Shown here: one piece after another, positions 52,755 through 64,000 of the stretch
Layout: the number at the start of each line of letters is the position of its first letter
How positions within the stretch are numbered: the first letter of the stretch is position 1
Source: Octopus bimaculoides
Lineage: Eukaryota
DNA: 64,000 nt
Assembly (NCBI RefSeq): GCF_001194135.2
Contig: NC_069005.1
Span: 30,863,922-30,927,921, forward strand
Direction: 5' to 3'
Program-made: the position numbers and the translations under genes
Notes under the pieces: model-generated
Databases searched by the model: none
Told to the model about the DNA's origin: nothing
The model's input: only the letters and a program-made list of their open reading frames with translations

Positions 52755-53345
52755 TATTAAACTCCCTGGAACCACCCTTGGTTCTATCATACAAATTCCC
52801 TGTTTTAAAGCAATCTAAATTATAGCCTTCCATCAAAATTTTATGTTCAAAATACCAACTTAATAATTGACAAAACTATTCTAATAAATTCTTCATTATT
52901 TTCCAAATTAATTGAAACAAAGACAGTGTGTTTTGAAAGAAATAGTTAACAAAAGGGTTAACCCCTTTGATATAGGCTCACTTCGAACCACCTCTTGGTC
53001 GTATGATATAATTCTAAATCAAAACTTCCCATCAAAATTTCATAATTTCTTGTTAATTTTTGTTTCAAGCCTGAGTTTATAAATGACCAAGTAATTTTAC
53101 TATATTTGTCATTATTTTCAAAATTAAATGAAATATGATAACAAAAAGGTCAACTCCTTTGATTCTAACCTGCCCGAGACCAAAAGAAGCCTTGATTCTG
53201 TAATAGAAGTTTCCTTGTTTTAAAGTGACCTAATTAAAACCTTCCATCAAAATTTCATGTTAATTCATGTTCCGCCAGCTTAATAATAATAATAATAATT
53301 TTACTAAATTTGTAATTATTTTCAAAATTAATTGAAACAAAGGCA
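52755..53345 (-). mobile_element. Head-to-tail array of three piggyBac-type MITEs (same family as 33283-35189)
   Basis: Repeated ccttccatcaaaattt..aaattaattgaaac units; junction aaaagggTTAAcccctttgata at about 52955-52972. Confidence 0.7.
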
Positions 53346-53354
53346 GTTCTAATA

Positions 53355-54490
53355 TGAGAAGCTTACTTTCAAAACCAGTAGAAGTGCATATCTGGTTGAT
53401 TTCATGATAACCATTAAAACACAATTTACTTCATGCACATGAAATTTCTTTTCAGTCAGACTGGGATAGGTGTCATACAGACAGTAGACAAATCTTAGTC
53501 TTCCAATCAAAATCAGATATATTCAAGTTGCCACTAAGCATTTTGCCTGGTGTGCTAACGATTCTGCTTGCTCTATTCCCACTTTAATTTTAGCTGCATT
53601 CAATTTTGGGAAATATTTTTCAGAGACACTGAAATCCTTTTGAATTTCTAAACCCATATTTGTATGTAACATCTTCATTAAACCATGTTTAATGGGAAGA
53701 AATGGTCAAAAATTGTTTTCTTTGATCAACTGTAAGAATTGATTGAATACTATTTCTTCCAACAACCTATGAAAACCCAGTTGGCCATTGTCTTCCATTA
53801 TAATGTTCTGTAATAACACAACAGTGGAAAGCATTAGTACTTAGTCAACACCCCCGCTATTGTATGTCCATTAACATAGCAGTTACTTTAAGAACTCCAC
53901 AAAGATTCCACTGGCAACTATTATATTAACAACTATCTCCCTGTTAATATGAGATTCTATGAAATACAGCAAATAAGCAATAGGAATAGATGGTTTTAAA
54001 TTTCCATTGTGTAATAAAACAGCTTTTTAAACTTCATAGTGATGAGTCTATAAAAAGTTGCCATTCACTTCCAGGAAGCCATTCTGATAAAATTTCAAAG
54101 AATCCATAAAATCATGACAATAGCAGTTGACCATTCTCTGTGGAACAAACTGCAAAATCAAAACTTTTGCTTTCTATCATAGTCCAGAAACCATTTTCTT
54201 CAAGCAAGTACCTTTCTTTCAAATGATATATGAGAAGCAGAATGTCTGCCTTATTGTCTGAGAGTTCTAAGTCCTTTGCAAGAATTCTGTAACATTTTTG
54301 TGAGGAGAAAAAATAGGGTCTGTACTCTCTGCTGGTTTGTATTTGGAATCTGGCAGAAGCCCAGAAGCATAATCAATGCAATTACATCAATATTTTCTTC
54401 GTCAGCATTGGATTTGAGCTTTTCTTGGGGAGGAATGGAAGAGATAAAGTCATAGGGATGGGGAAAGAAAAGGTCACTTTGCAACTAAAT
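53355..54490 (-). pseudogene. Decayed DNA-transposon transposase (Chapaev/CMC-like by recalled motifs)
   Basis: Minus-strand translation with stops and frameshifts: AKDLELSDNKADIL..; EWQLFIDSSL*SLKAVLLHNGNLKPSIPIAY (about 54066-53970); WNLCGVLKVTAML..TKY*CFHC; LPIKHGLMK (about 53699-53673); FPKLNAAKIKVGI. These match the family motifs EWRLFIDSS..LKAVLLHNGN..W.ICGDLKV..GYTKYCCFLC..LHIKLGLMK..FPKLS.AKIKEG. Confidence 0.8.
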
Positions 54491-55417
54491 GGTTTTAAAG
54501 TTCCATCTTAGCATATGACACCTTGTGCAAGAATCTTCTACAAGAGCCCTGGACTGACCAGTGCTTTCTGAGTAAATTTGATAGATGGAAACTGTGTGGA
54601 AGCCCTAAATAGTCAAAGAGAAAGACCTTCCAGCCATGACAGTCCTGTTTCTTTTGGTAGTGGTGGTGGGGGGGGGCACACATTTTATTTAAAATTCTTT
54701 GTTTCCTTTATTTATGACTGTAGAATTTGATTTGAGGGTGGTCTGGCTGCTATTTCTAGCAAATCTTGTGACCATGTAGAGGCTCCCTCATTAGCCCTGA
54801 AGAATTAATGAGAAGTTAAGTGTTGTCTTGTGCTTCGGGGATGACCCCGAACACTTTGCTCTGTGTTCTTTACTCAGAGGAGACACTAGACACTTCTCCC
54901 TTGTTCTTCACTTATCTGGGGCAGTGGAGCAGATAAAAGAAGCGATAACGAGACTGAAGNNNNNNNNNNGGGGGGGGGGACATGGCAAACCCTCATGAGT
55001 TGCTACTTATCATGAGAGAGACTGAGAGAGAGAGAGGGGGGGAATAGGAAGAGAGAAAGGCAAAGAGGTTGAGAGAGTGAGAAGGGGAGAGAAGGATTGA
55101 GAGATTGAGAGAGAAAAATAGGAGGGAAGTGTAAGGTGGAGAGTGTGGTAGGAGGATAGAAAGTGGGAGAGAGGTGAGAGGAAAGAGAGAAAGAGGGAAG
55201 CTGGTGGGGGAGTCAGGGAGTTGGAGGAAGGAGAAGGAGAAGGAGGAAGATACAAAGTAAAGAGAGAGAGAGAGAGAGAGAAAGAGACAGACACACAGAC
55301 AGACACACAGAAAGATTGTTAGAGATGTGGAGAGATAGACAAAGTGGAGATTAAACGGGGGTTTCAGAAATAGAAAGAAGGGAAAGGTAGACAAAGAGAT
55401 GGAAATATAGAGGGGAG

Positions 55418-55419
<2 letters not shown>

Positions 55420-55482
<63 letters not shown>
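55420..55482. repeat. (GA)n microsatellite within a larger GA-rich tract (about 55010-55480)
   Basis: About 30 perfect GA units. Representative of very many (AT)n, (GT)n, (ATC)n, (ATT)n, (TATC)n and (GGT)n tracts throughout the window. Confidence 0.95.
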
Positions 55483-55487
<5 letters not shown>

Positions 55488-56159
55488 GAAATTATCTGAG
55501 AGTGGGGGGATAAAGACAGAAAAATGGATAGAGATATATATAGAGAGAGAGGGTGTTTAAGCTAAATTTGACAGTTGTGGATAAAAGGCAAAGAAAATGC
55601 TGTATTCCAACCAAAAATAAAAGTATTTTCAAAAATCATTTAAATATCAACTTTGTGTTATTATTTGCTCTCATCACATTTCTGGTGAAGACCACCAGAA
55701 ATGTTGGCATCAATATTTGGTCAGCAAATACGACAATGCAGAGTTGTCCTCTGCCTTACAGTTATAAACTTATTTACTCGTTTCTAAGGTAACATTGTCA
55801 GAGTTTTTACAGACATTGACCGGCTCCGGTTATTGATACGGTTGAAGATCAATGCTTTGCTGTGATGTCTATATGAGACTAAAATTAAACAATAACCAAC
55901 AAATGTCTAATTGAATGACTCGCATTGAATATTTCATCTTGATACATCTGCAATAAGTAAACATTATTGATTTGTGATGCTGGCACAAGACCAGTAATTG
56001 GTAGAGGGGAGAGGAGAAAAACTGTCGTTTATATCGACCCCAGTACTTATCTAGTATTGTAGTTGATGGTATAAAAGATGCATGGGGCATATGAGATGCA
56101 CCCTAATTTCATCAGTGCATATTCAGGAAAATATAGTTTTTGGTGCATTAATCCTTTTG

Positions 56160-56400
56160 TTACTGTAAGTCTGTTGAAACACCTTCAGGAAAGATATGAA
56201 AGGGAGAAGACTCCAGAGGGACAATGTTTTAGAGAGGGAAGACTGGGAATAGGGGTTAGTGTAGGGTCAGCAGCAGAGGTTGGACAATACAAGGCTGATG
56301 AGAGAGGGAGAGATGAATGGATTAGGAGTGTTTGAGTAGACGTGGCATGGGGCCAACTGGCTCCAAGAAACAGGGGCCATTATAGTAGTGATAGAAAGAC
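56160..56400 (-). mobile_element. Jockey/CR1-group LINE ORF2 3' remnant
   Basis: SFYHYYNGPCFLE..TNPYSQSSLSKTLSLWSLLP-HIFP..DLQ resembles LFYRYYNG.CS.EL..TxxYxxSFxxRTxxLWNxLP..VFP..xLQ. Confidence 0.55.
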
Positions 56401-58119
56401 ATCTCCTGGGTAAGGTATTAAACTGCATCCAGGGTGTGCTTCAACTCAAGAGATCAGGAGTTTTGATGAGTATTGGGATACCCCTTCATCACCAATATCC
56501 TCTGTTTCACTCTAACCTAGGATAGAAGCACATATGAAGGGCCCAAGTTATGGGCCAAACGGTAAATGATCCTGTGACTAAGATATACATACAAGACTTG
56601 GATGAGGGCTGGCTCTTAGATATGTGTCACACAGCCCCATTGGTGTGTGGGTGTGTCTTTCTGTCTAAGGGTTAAATGGGTAAGCTCAGGAGAGCAGGAA
56701 ATTAACAGTGTAAACTGTTAAGAAGCCAGCAGAAGGCAGCAGGAAGCCGCTGCCATCTAATTCCCCAACCAAAATCTTGAACCTTCAGACTGTAAGCATG
56801 ATAGTCCATGAAGAGAACGGAAAGACAGGGAGACAGACAGACAGACAAAGAGACAAAGAGAGGGAAATGAAAATAGAACAGGAAAGAAAGACTGGGAGAG
56901 AAGAGAGTCAGAAAGGGGAGACAATTCACAATACAGGGGTCAACAGTAGAAGAAAGTTCTGAAATCGTTCTGATCTCTCCAGTTGTTGAGACTGATGAAG
57001 GGCATGTCCCACAATATAATTTGAATGTAAAATATATATGTTGTGTGTGTGAACAGGTTTATAAATATATTTACCCATTAACAGAAACCTTCTACATCTC
57101 AATAAATCTATATATAACTATGTATGTGTATATAATTATATATAACTATGTGTAATTATTTCAGTTTTGTGCCATACTGCTGAGAATCAAATGATAACCA
57201 TTTAAATAAGTTATAGAGTAATAATTTGGGCTATCTTTTTTTAATTTTTTATTAAATTTAGTATCAGAAAATTGAGTCTATTTTGGTGAACTTATATCTG
57301 TGCCTTGAGGTATCATTTTTAGTAAGAAAACAAGGGAGTCTCTATGTGGTTGTTAAAGCTGCTGGAAATAGAAGCTAAATCTCTTTCAAATCATAAGCTA
57401 CTGTCTTGAATAAGGAAAGAGCATGTTGGAAAATGTAGTTAGGGAGACCCCTAAAAATAAGGTCTGATGGTCAGGTCCAGGATGGATTTAGTTATAGGTT
57501 TACCGAGCCAATGTTGACTCAGGGCTAAACTACAAGTGCAGCAACAGCAACGATCTCTCTTATCAAGTTCTTCAGAAATACTTTGAATATTATGTTTTTT
57601 TATATTTATTTTTAAAGAAACAAATAAAGAAATAAACAAGAAAAACCAACAAATAAATATAAATAAATACAGTTTCTTTCTTTAAATCAAAATAATTTAA
57701 AAAAAGAAAAAAACAAAATCAAAAGAAGATAATATTGAACAATTCTTTGTTTTTCCTTTTTTTTTGTTTCTGTTGAATATTTTTAGTAATTTTCAGGTAT
57801 TTTATGATTCCATCTTTTCTTTCTCTTTCTGTCTGTCTCTGATTATCTCTCTATTTCTATCTATCTGTCTCTGTGTCACTCTCTTCTCTGTGTATCTTTC
57901 TCTTACTCTCTCTTTCTCTTTCTGCTCCTGCCTGTCTGTCTCTGTCTCTGTCCTACTCTCTCTCTCCCCCTCTCTCTGATTCTTTCTGTCTCACTCTCTA
58001 TTTCTCTCCTGATTCTCTCTTTTTCACTCTCTCTGTCACACTTTCCCACCTCTCTCTCTCTCTCTCCTATTCCGATGGATTTAATGCCTTGCAGAATCTA
58101 ATTACATCTCTTTTATTCT

Positions 58120-58318
58120 TTTACTTGTTTCAGTCATTTGACTGCAGCCATGCTGGAGCACCGCCTTTAGTCAAGAAAATCGACCCCAGGACTTATTCTT
58201 TGTAAGCCTAGTACTTATTCTATCGGTCTCTTTTTGCAGAATCGCTAAGTTACGGGGACGTAAACACACCAGCATCAGTTGTCAAGCGAAGTTGGGGGGA
58301 CAAACACAGACACAAACA
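58120..58318 (-). mobile_element. 3' half of the long family-A SINE (continues into a gap)
   Basis: Reverse complement of 60640-60840 (ttttacttgtttcagtcatttgactgc.gccatgctggagcaccgcctttagtcaag..gggggacaaacacagacac). Confidence 0.8.
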
Positions 58319-60456
58319 NNNNNNNNNNNNNNNNNNNNNNNNNNNNNNNNNNNNNNNNNNNNNNNNNNNNNNNNNNNNNNNNNNNNNNNNNNNNNNNNNN
58401 NNNNNNNNNNNNNNNNNNNNNNNNNNNNNNNNNNNNNNNNNNNNNNNNNNNNNNNNNNNNNNNNNNNNNNNNNNNNNNNNNNNNNNNNNNNNNNNNNNNN
58501 NNNNNNNNNNNNNNNNNNNNNNNNNNNNNNNNNNNNNNNNNNNNNNNNNNNNNNNNNNNNNNNNNNNNNNNNNNNNNNNNNNNNNNNNNNNNNNNNNNNN
58601 NNNNNNNNNNNNNNNNNNNNNNNNNNNNNNNNNNNNNNNNNNNNNNNNNNNNNNNNNNNNNNNNNNNNNNNNNNNNNNNNNNNNNNNNNNNNNNNNNNNN
58701 NNNNNNNNNNNNNNNNNNNNNNNNNNNNNNNNNNNNNNNNNNNNNNNNNNNNNNNNNNNNNNNNNNNNNNNNNNNNNNNNNNNNNNNNNNNNNNNNNNNN
58801 NNNNNNNNNNNNNNNNNNNNNNNNNNNNNNNNNNNNNNNNNNNNNNNNNNNNNNNNNNNNNNNNNNNNNNNNNNNNNNNNNNNNNNNNNNNNNNNNNNNN
58901 NNNNNNNNNNNNNNNNNNNNNNNNNNNNNNNNNNNNNNNNNNNNNNNNNNNNNNNNNNNNNNNNNNNNNNNNNNNNNNNNNNNNNNNNNNNNNNNNNNNN
59001 NNNNNNNNNNNNNNNNNNNNNNNNNNNNNNNNNNNNNNNNNNNNNNNNNNNNNNNNNNNNNNNNNAGAGAGTAAGAAGAAAGGGGAGGGATAGAGAAAGA
59101 AGAGAGAGAGAGAGAGTGAAGGAAAAGAGAGAATGTTCCTAATGACTTTATTTATGAAGTAATAGCAACAGAACCATATCTACATGTGTTCATGTTGGCA
59201 GAGTGTGTCTCTGTGCTTATGTGTGTGCAGCATGTGTGTGTGTGTGTGCATAAGTGTGTAAGTCTACAGTTATATGTGTAGTGTGACTGGCGTATGCAGT
59301 GTAATGTGTGCGTGTGTGTGTGTGTGTATGTGTATCTATGCTAGTGTATGTGAACAAGAGAGAGAGAGAGAGAAGGAAGCAAATGAGAAAAGAGACACAT
59401 AGAGAAGGAGAGGGAAACGGGTATGATGGTGGTGGTGGTGGTGGTGGTGGTGGTGGTGTGTAGTGGTGGTATTGGTAAAAGCAGTGGTGGTGGTAACAGT
59501 GATGGNNNNNNNNNNNNNNNNNNNNNNNNNNNNNNNNNNNNNNNNNNNNNNNNNNNNNNNNNNNNNNNNNNNNNNNNNNNNNNNNNNNNNNNNNNNNNNN
59601 NNNNNNNNNNNNNNNNNNNNNNNNNNNNNNNNNNNNNNNNNNNNNNNNNNNNNNNNNNNNNNNNNNNNNNNNNNNNNNNNNNNNNNNNNNNNNNNNNNNN
59701 NNNNNNNNNNNNNNNNNNNNNNNNNNNNNNNNNNNNNNNNNNNNNNNNNNNNNNNNNNNNNNNNNNNNNNNNNNNNNNNNNNNNNNNNNNNNNNNNNNNN
59801 NNNNNNNNNNNNNNNNNNNNNNNNNNNNNNNNNNNNNNNNNNNNNNNNNNNNNNNNNNNNNNNNNNNNNNNNNNNNNNNNNNNNNNNNNNNNNNNNNNNN
59901 NNNNNNNNNNNNNNNNNNNNNNNNNNNNNNNNNNNNNNNNNNNNNNNNNNNNNNNNNNNNNNNNNNNNNNNNNNNNNNNNNNNNNNNNNNNNNNNNNNNN
60001 NNNNNNNNNNNNNNNNNNNNNNNNNNNNNNNNNNNNNNNNNNNNNNNNNNNNNNNNNNNNNNNNNNNNNNNNNNNNNNNNNNNNNNNNNNNNNNNNNNNN
60101 NNNNNNNNNNNNNNNNNNNNNNNNNNNNNNNNNNNNNNNNNNNNNNNNNNNNNNNNNNNNNNNNNNNNNNNNNNNNNNNNNNNNNNNNNNNNNNNNNNNN
60201 NNNNNNNNNNNNNNNNNNNNNNNNNNNNNNNNNNNNNNNNNNNNNNNNNNNNNNNNNNNNNNNNNNNNNNNNNNNNNNNNNNNNNNNNNNNNNNNNNNNN
60301 NNNNNNNNNNNNNNNNNNNNNNNNNNNNNNNNNNNNNNNNNNNNNNNNNNNNNNNNNNNNNNNNNNNNNNNNNNNNNNNNNNNNNNNNNNNNNNNNNNNN
60401 NNNNNNNNNNNNNNNNNNNNNNNNNNNNNNNNNNNNNNNNNNNNNNNNNNNNNNNA

Positions 60457-60845
60457 AGTAGCTTGCTTACCAACCACATGGTTCCGGGTTCAGTCCCACT
60501 GCGTGGCACTTTGGGCAAGTGTCTTCTACTATAGCCTCGGGCTGACCAAAGCCTTGTGAGTGGATTAGGTAGACGGAAACTGAAAGAAGCCTGTCGTATA
60601 TATATAAATATATGTATATGTATATGTGTGTTTGTGTGTCTGTGTTTGTCCCCCCCAATATCACTTGACAACCGATGCTGGTGTGTTTACATCCTCGTAA
60701 CTTAGCGGTTCGGCAAAAGATACCGATAGAATAAGTACTAGGCTTCTAAAGGATAAGTCCCTGGGGTCGATTTGCTTGACTAAAGGCGGTGCTCCAGCAT
60801 GGCCGCAGTCAAATGACTGAAACAAGTAAAAGAGTAAAAGAGTAG
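60457..60845 (+). mobile_element. Near full-length long family-A SINE (tRNA head + microsatellite linker + 3' body)
   Basis: Family-A head, (TA/TG)n linker, then gtttgtcccccc..gggtcgatttgcttgactaaaggcggtgctccagcatggccgcagtcaaatgactgaaacaagtaaaag. Confidence 0.85.
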
Positions 60846-63800
60846 AGAAAAGAGAGTACACTCTGTAATATGGTTGGTGTTAGGAAAGGCATCTAGCTGT
60901 AGAAACCATGCCAAAGCAAACAATGGGACCTGATGTGGCCCCCTGGCCTTGCCAGCTCCTGTCGAGCTGTCCAACCCATGCCAGCATTGAAAATGGATAT
61001 TAAACGATGATCATTACCTTCATATCATCATCACAGTGTTCCATGCTAGCATGGGGTTGGATGGTTTATCAGAATCCTACTAGGCTGAGGGGTGTCTTGG
61101 TCTCCAGGGTCTGTTTTGGCGTGGTTTCTACACCTGGATGGATGGCCTTCCAAATGCTGACCACTTTGCTGAGTGTACTGGTTGCTTTTTCTTTTCTTTT
61201 CCATGGCAACAGCACTAGTGGTAGCGGCGGTGGAGGTGGTGGTGGTGGTTGGGGTCACCAAGTTGCTCACAAGACATGACCCCTTCACAGAGTTTAAGGA
61301 AGTGGCACGGTGACCACAAAAATGATATGAAGGTGGTGGTGGTTTTGGTGATGGTAGTAACAAGGATGATGCCAATGACGATGACGACAACGNNNNNNNN
61401 NNNNNNNNNNNNNNNNNNNNNNNNNNNNNNNNNNNNNNNNNNNNNNNNNNNNNNNNNGGGGAGGGGAGGAGGAGGAGGAGGGGGGTAACCTACCCAACTG
61501 TTTGCTTCTGTGTCTACATCAGTCACGTGACTCGCAAGATTTCCTGAATGACATGCCTATTGAAAAATTACCTTGAATCAACGTCTTTACAGCCATGACT
61601 GTCTCGTCTTATTTACGTCATGGCATATCTAGGACCACATTATCCAATGTGTCTTTCTTTGTTTAAGCTTGTAGGATGCAACTTTAAAAAGATTCAGCTG
61701 CTATTGCTTGCAGCTCGAGCGAGCAAGTCACACCTGGTGGCAGTGGTTATGATGATGATGATGATGATGATGACGATGACGATGATGTAATAGAGGAGGT
61801 GATGGTGGTGGTGGTGACCACGACGGTATTGACGGCCTTGGTTTCATTGTTGCTTTGCTAATGTTGATTGTGGTTGTCATGACAACTGACAGACAATGGC
61901 AATGACAATGATGACAGGCGATGACGACAACAATGACGATGATGCTGCCGATGCCGACAGCGATGACAATTATGACGACAGCGACCACTATGATGATGGT
62001 GGTGGTGGTGGTGGTGTTAGTGGAGTAGTGATGAGGTAATGCTGGTTGTGGTTGTGGTTGTGGTGGTGGTGGTGGTGGTGGTAGATGTGACCTGTAGTGT
62101 TCGTAGGTGTTGACGGGTGATAAATACTATGAAATAGGATACAGTACAGCGTGTTGTTATCACATTACATGCACACACACACACATTCACCACACCACTC
62201 ACTCACACACACATACACATATGCATACACACACATACATGCACATGCACACACACACACTCACACATACAGTTACACATCCAAAAGTGACCATGGGACG
62301 ATGGTAATGGTAGCAGTGGTAGTGGTGGTGGTGGTGGTGGTGGTAGTGGTGGTGGTGGTGGCAGTGGTAGTGGTGGTGGTGGTGCTGTTGTTGGTGGTGG
62401 CAGTGGTGACGGCGTCAGTGGTAGTGGTGGAGGTTGTAGTGGTGGTATTGATGGTGGTGGTGGTGGTGGTGGTGGCGGCGGCGGCGGAGGCCGGCGGAGG
62501 TGGTGGTAATAGTTGCAGTGGTGGTGGTGATGGTGATGATGATGATTGATAATAGTGGTGGTGATTATGATGGTGGCTGTGGTGTTGGTTGTGCTGGTGG
62601 GCATAGTAGTGGTATTGGTAGTGGTGGTAGTGGTGGTGGTGGAGTCAGTAGAGGCACAGATGGGAAGTAATACCAGGCATTATGAAAATACAATCTGATA
62701 ACAAGAATCTTCTGTTTCATTCATCATCATCATTATGAACATTATCATCATCACTATTATCATCAACATCGTCATTATCAAGAGTGTCATCACCAACATT
62801 ATCATCGTTATTTTCATCAACATTATTATCAACACTATCAAAGTGGCGAGCTGGTAGAATCATTAGCACACCGGGCGAAATGCTTAGCAGCATTTTGTCT
62901 GTCTTTATGTTCTGAGTTCAAATTCCACCGAGGTCGACTTTGGCTTTCATCCTTTCGGGTGGGGGCGGTCGATGAAAATAAGTACGAGTTAAGCCCTGGG
63001 GTTGATGGTAATCGACTTATCCTCTCCGGCAACATTTGCTGGCCTTGTGCCAAAATCTGGAACCAACATTATCATCATTGGCATTATTATCAACACCATC
63101 ATTATGAATACTGTCATCAACATTATCATCAACATCATCATTATCAACAGTGTCATCACCAACATTATCATCGATATTATTGTCATCAATAACATTATCT
63201 TCATCAATATTATCATTGTCATAAGGTAGCAAGCTGGCAGAGCCGTTAGCACGCCAGGCGAAATGCTTAGCGGTATTTCGTCTGTCTTTATGTTCTGAGT
63301 TCAAATTCCGCCAAGGTCAACTTTTGCTTTACACCCTTTCAGTGTCAAAAAATTAAGTACCAGTTGTGGCAGTTAAAAAAAAATGTAACTTTTCCCTAAT
63401 TTCTCTTTTTTCCTTCACGTTTTCTTTAAATTCCTGGGATAAATTATGAAGAAAAACATTTATTTAATTCTGGTTTTGTTTTTAATGTCATATAATTTAG
63501 CTATGAGCAAGTAAAATGATAGAAATTTGACTGGTTCTTTCAATGCTACTTTAACAAATACATTGAAAACTACGCTACCCTGATGAAGTCGTAACAAGGC
63601 TGAAATATATCTGGAGTTGTCTCATATATTTGCAGTAAAATTGCAAATTATATTAGTCATTATCATCGATAGTGCTATCATCAACAGCACTATCATAATC
63701 ATCACCAACATTATCATTATCAATTTTATTCTCATCATCAATAATATCATTAACATCGTCATCACCGTCATCAACAATATTAGAAACATTATCGTCACCA

Positions 63801-64000
63801 TCATCATCGTCATCGTCATCCCCACCACCATCACCACTACCCCTGCCACGACAATGACAATGACCACGACCACCACCATCATCATCATTAACATCATTAT
63901 CATCGTCATCAACATAATCACCGCAGCCAATGCCACCACCACTTCCACCATCACCACCACCACCACCACCACCACCACCACCACCATTATCATCATCATC

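Noticed and set aside
5290-60671. Long ORFs in the track containing runs of X (e.g. 7696-8937, 49414-50463, 59217-60671)
   Set aside because: They are open only because N gaps contain no stop codons

Overview
AT-rich, microsatellite- and SINE-saturated eukaryotic draft-assembly DNA with many N gaps. The repeat families and style suggest an octopus or other coleoid cephalopod (inference). The supplied ORF track is almost entirely artefact: ORFs run through N gaps or through (CA)n/(AT)n/(ATC)n repeats. Reading splice sites by hand reveals one real protein-coding gene on the + strand, DYNC2LI1 (cytoplasmic dynein-2 light intermediate chain, the intraflagellar-transport motor subunit; nematode xbx-1). 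It spans 1230-35629, with 14 visible phase-compatible exons and missing coding sequence falling in assembly gaps. An RFX X-box-like motif lies about 120 bp upstream of its ATG. Introns and the 28 kb downstream contain several tRNA-derived SINE families, TTAA-flanked piggyBac-type MITEs (including an inverted pair bracketing one exon), RTE/CR1/Tx1 LINE remnants, a mariner C-terminal remnant, a decayed Chapaev/CMC-like transposase and several minisatellites. No second gene, RNA gene or CRISPR array can be supported. I did not find a clearly new biological system. The most interesting leads are the inverted-repeat (dsRNA) architecture around DYNC2LI1 exons, the X-box, lineage-specific exon structure and the transposase fossil.
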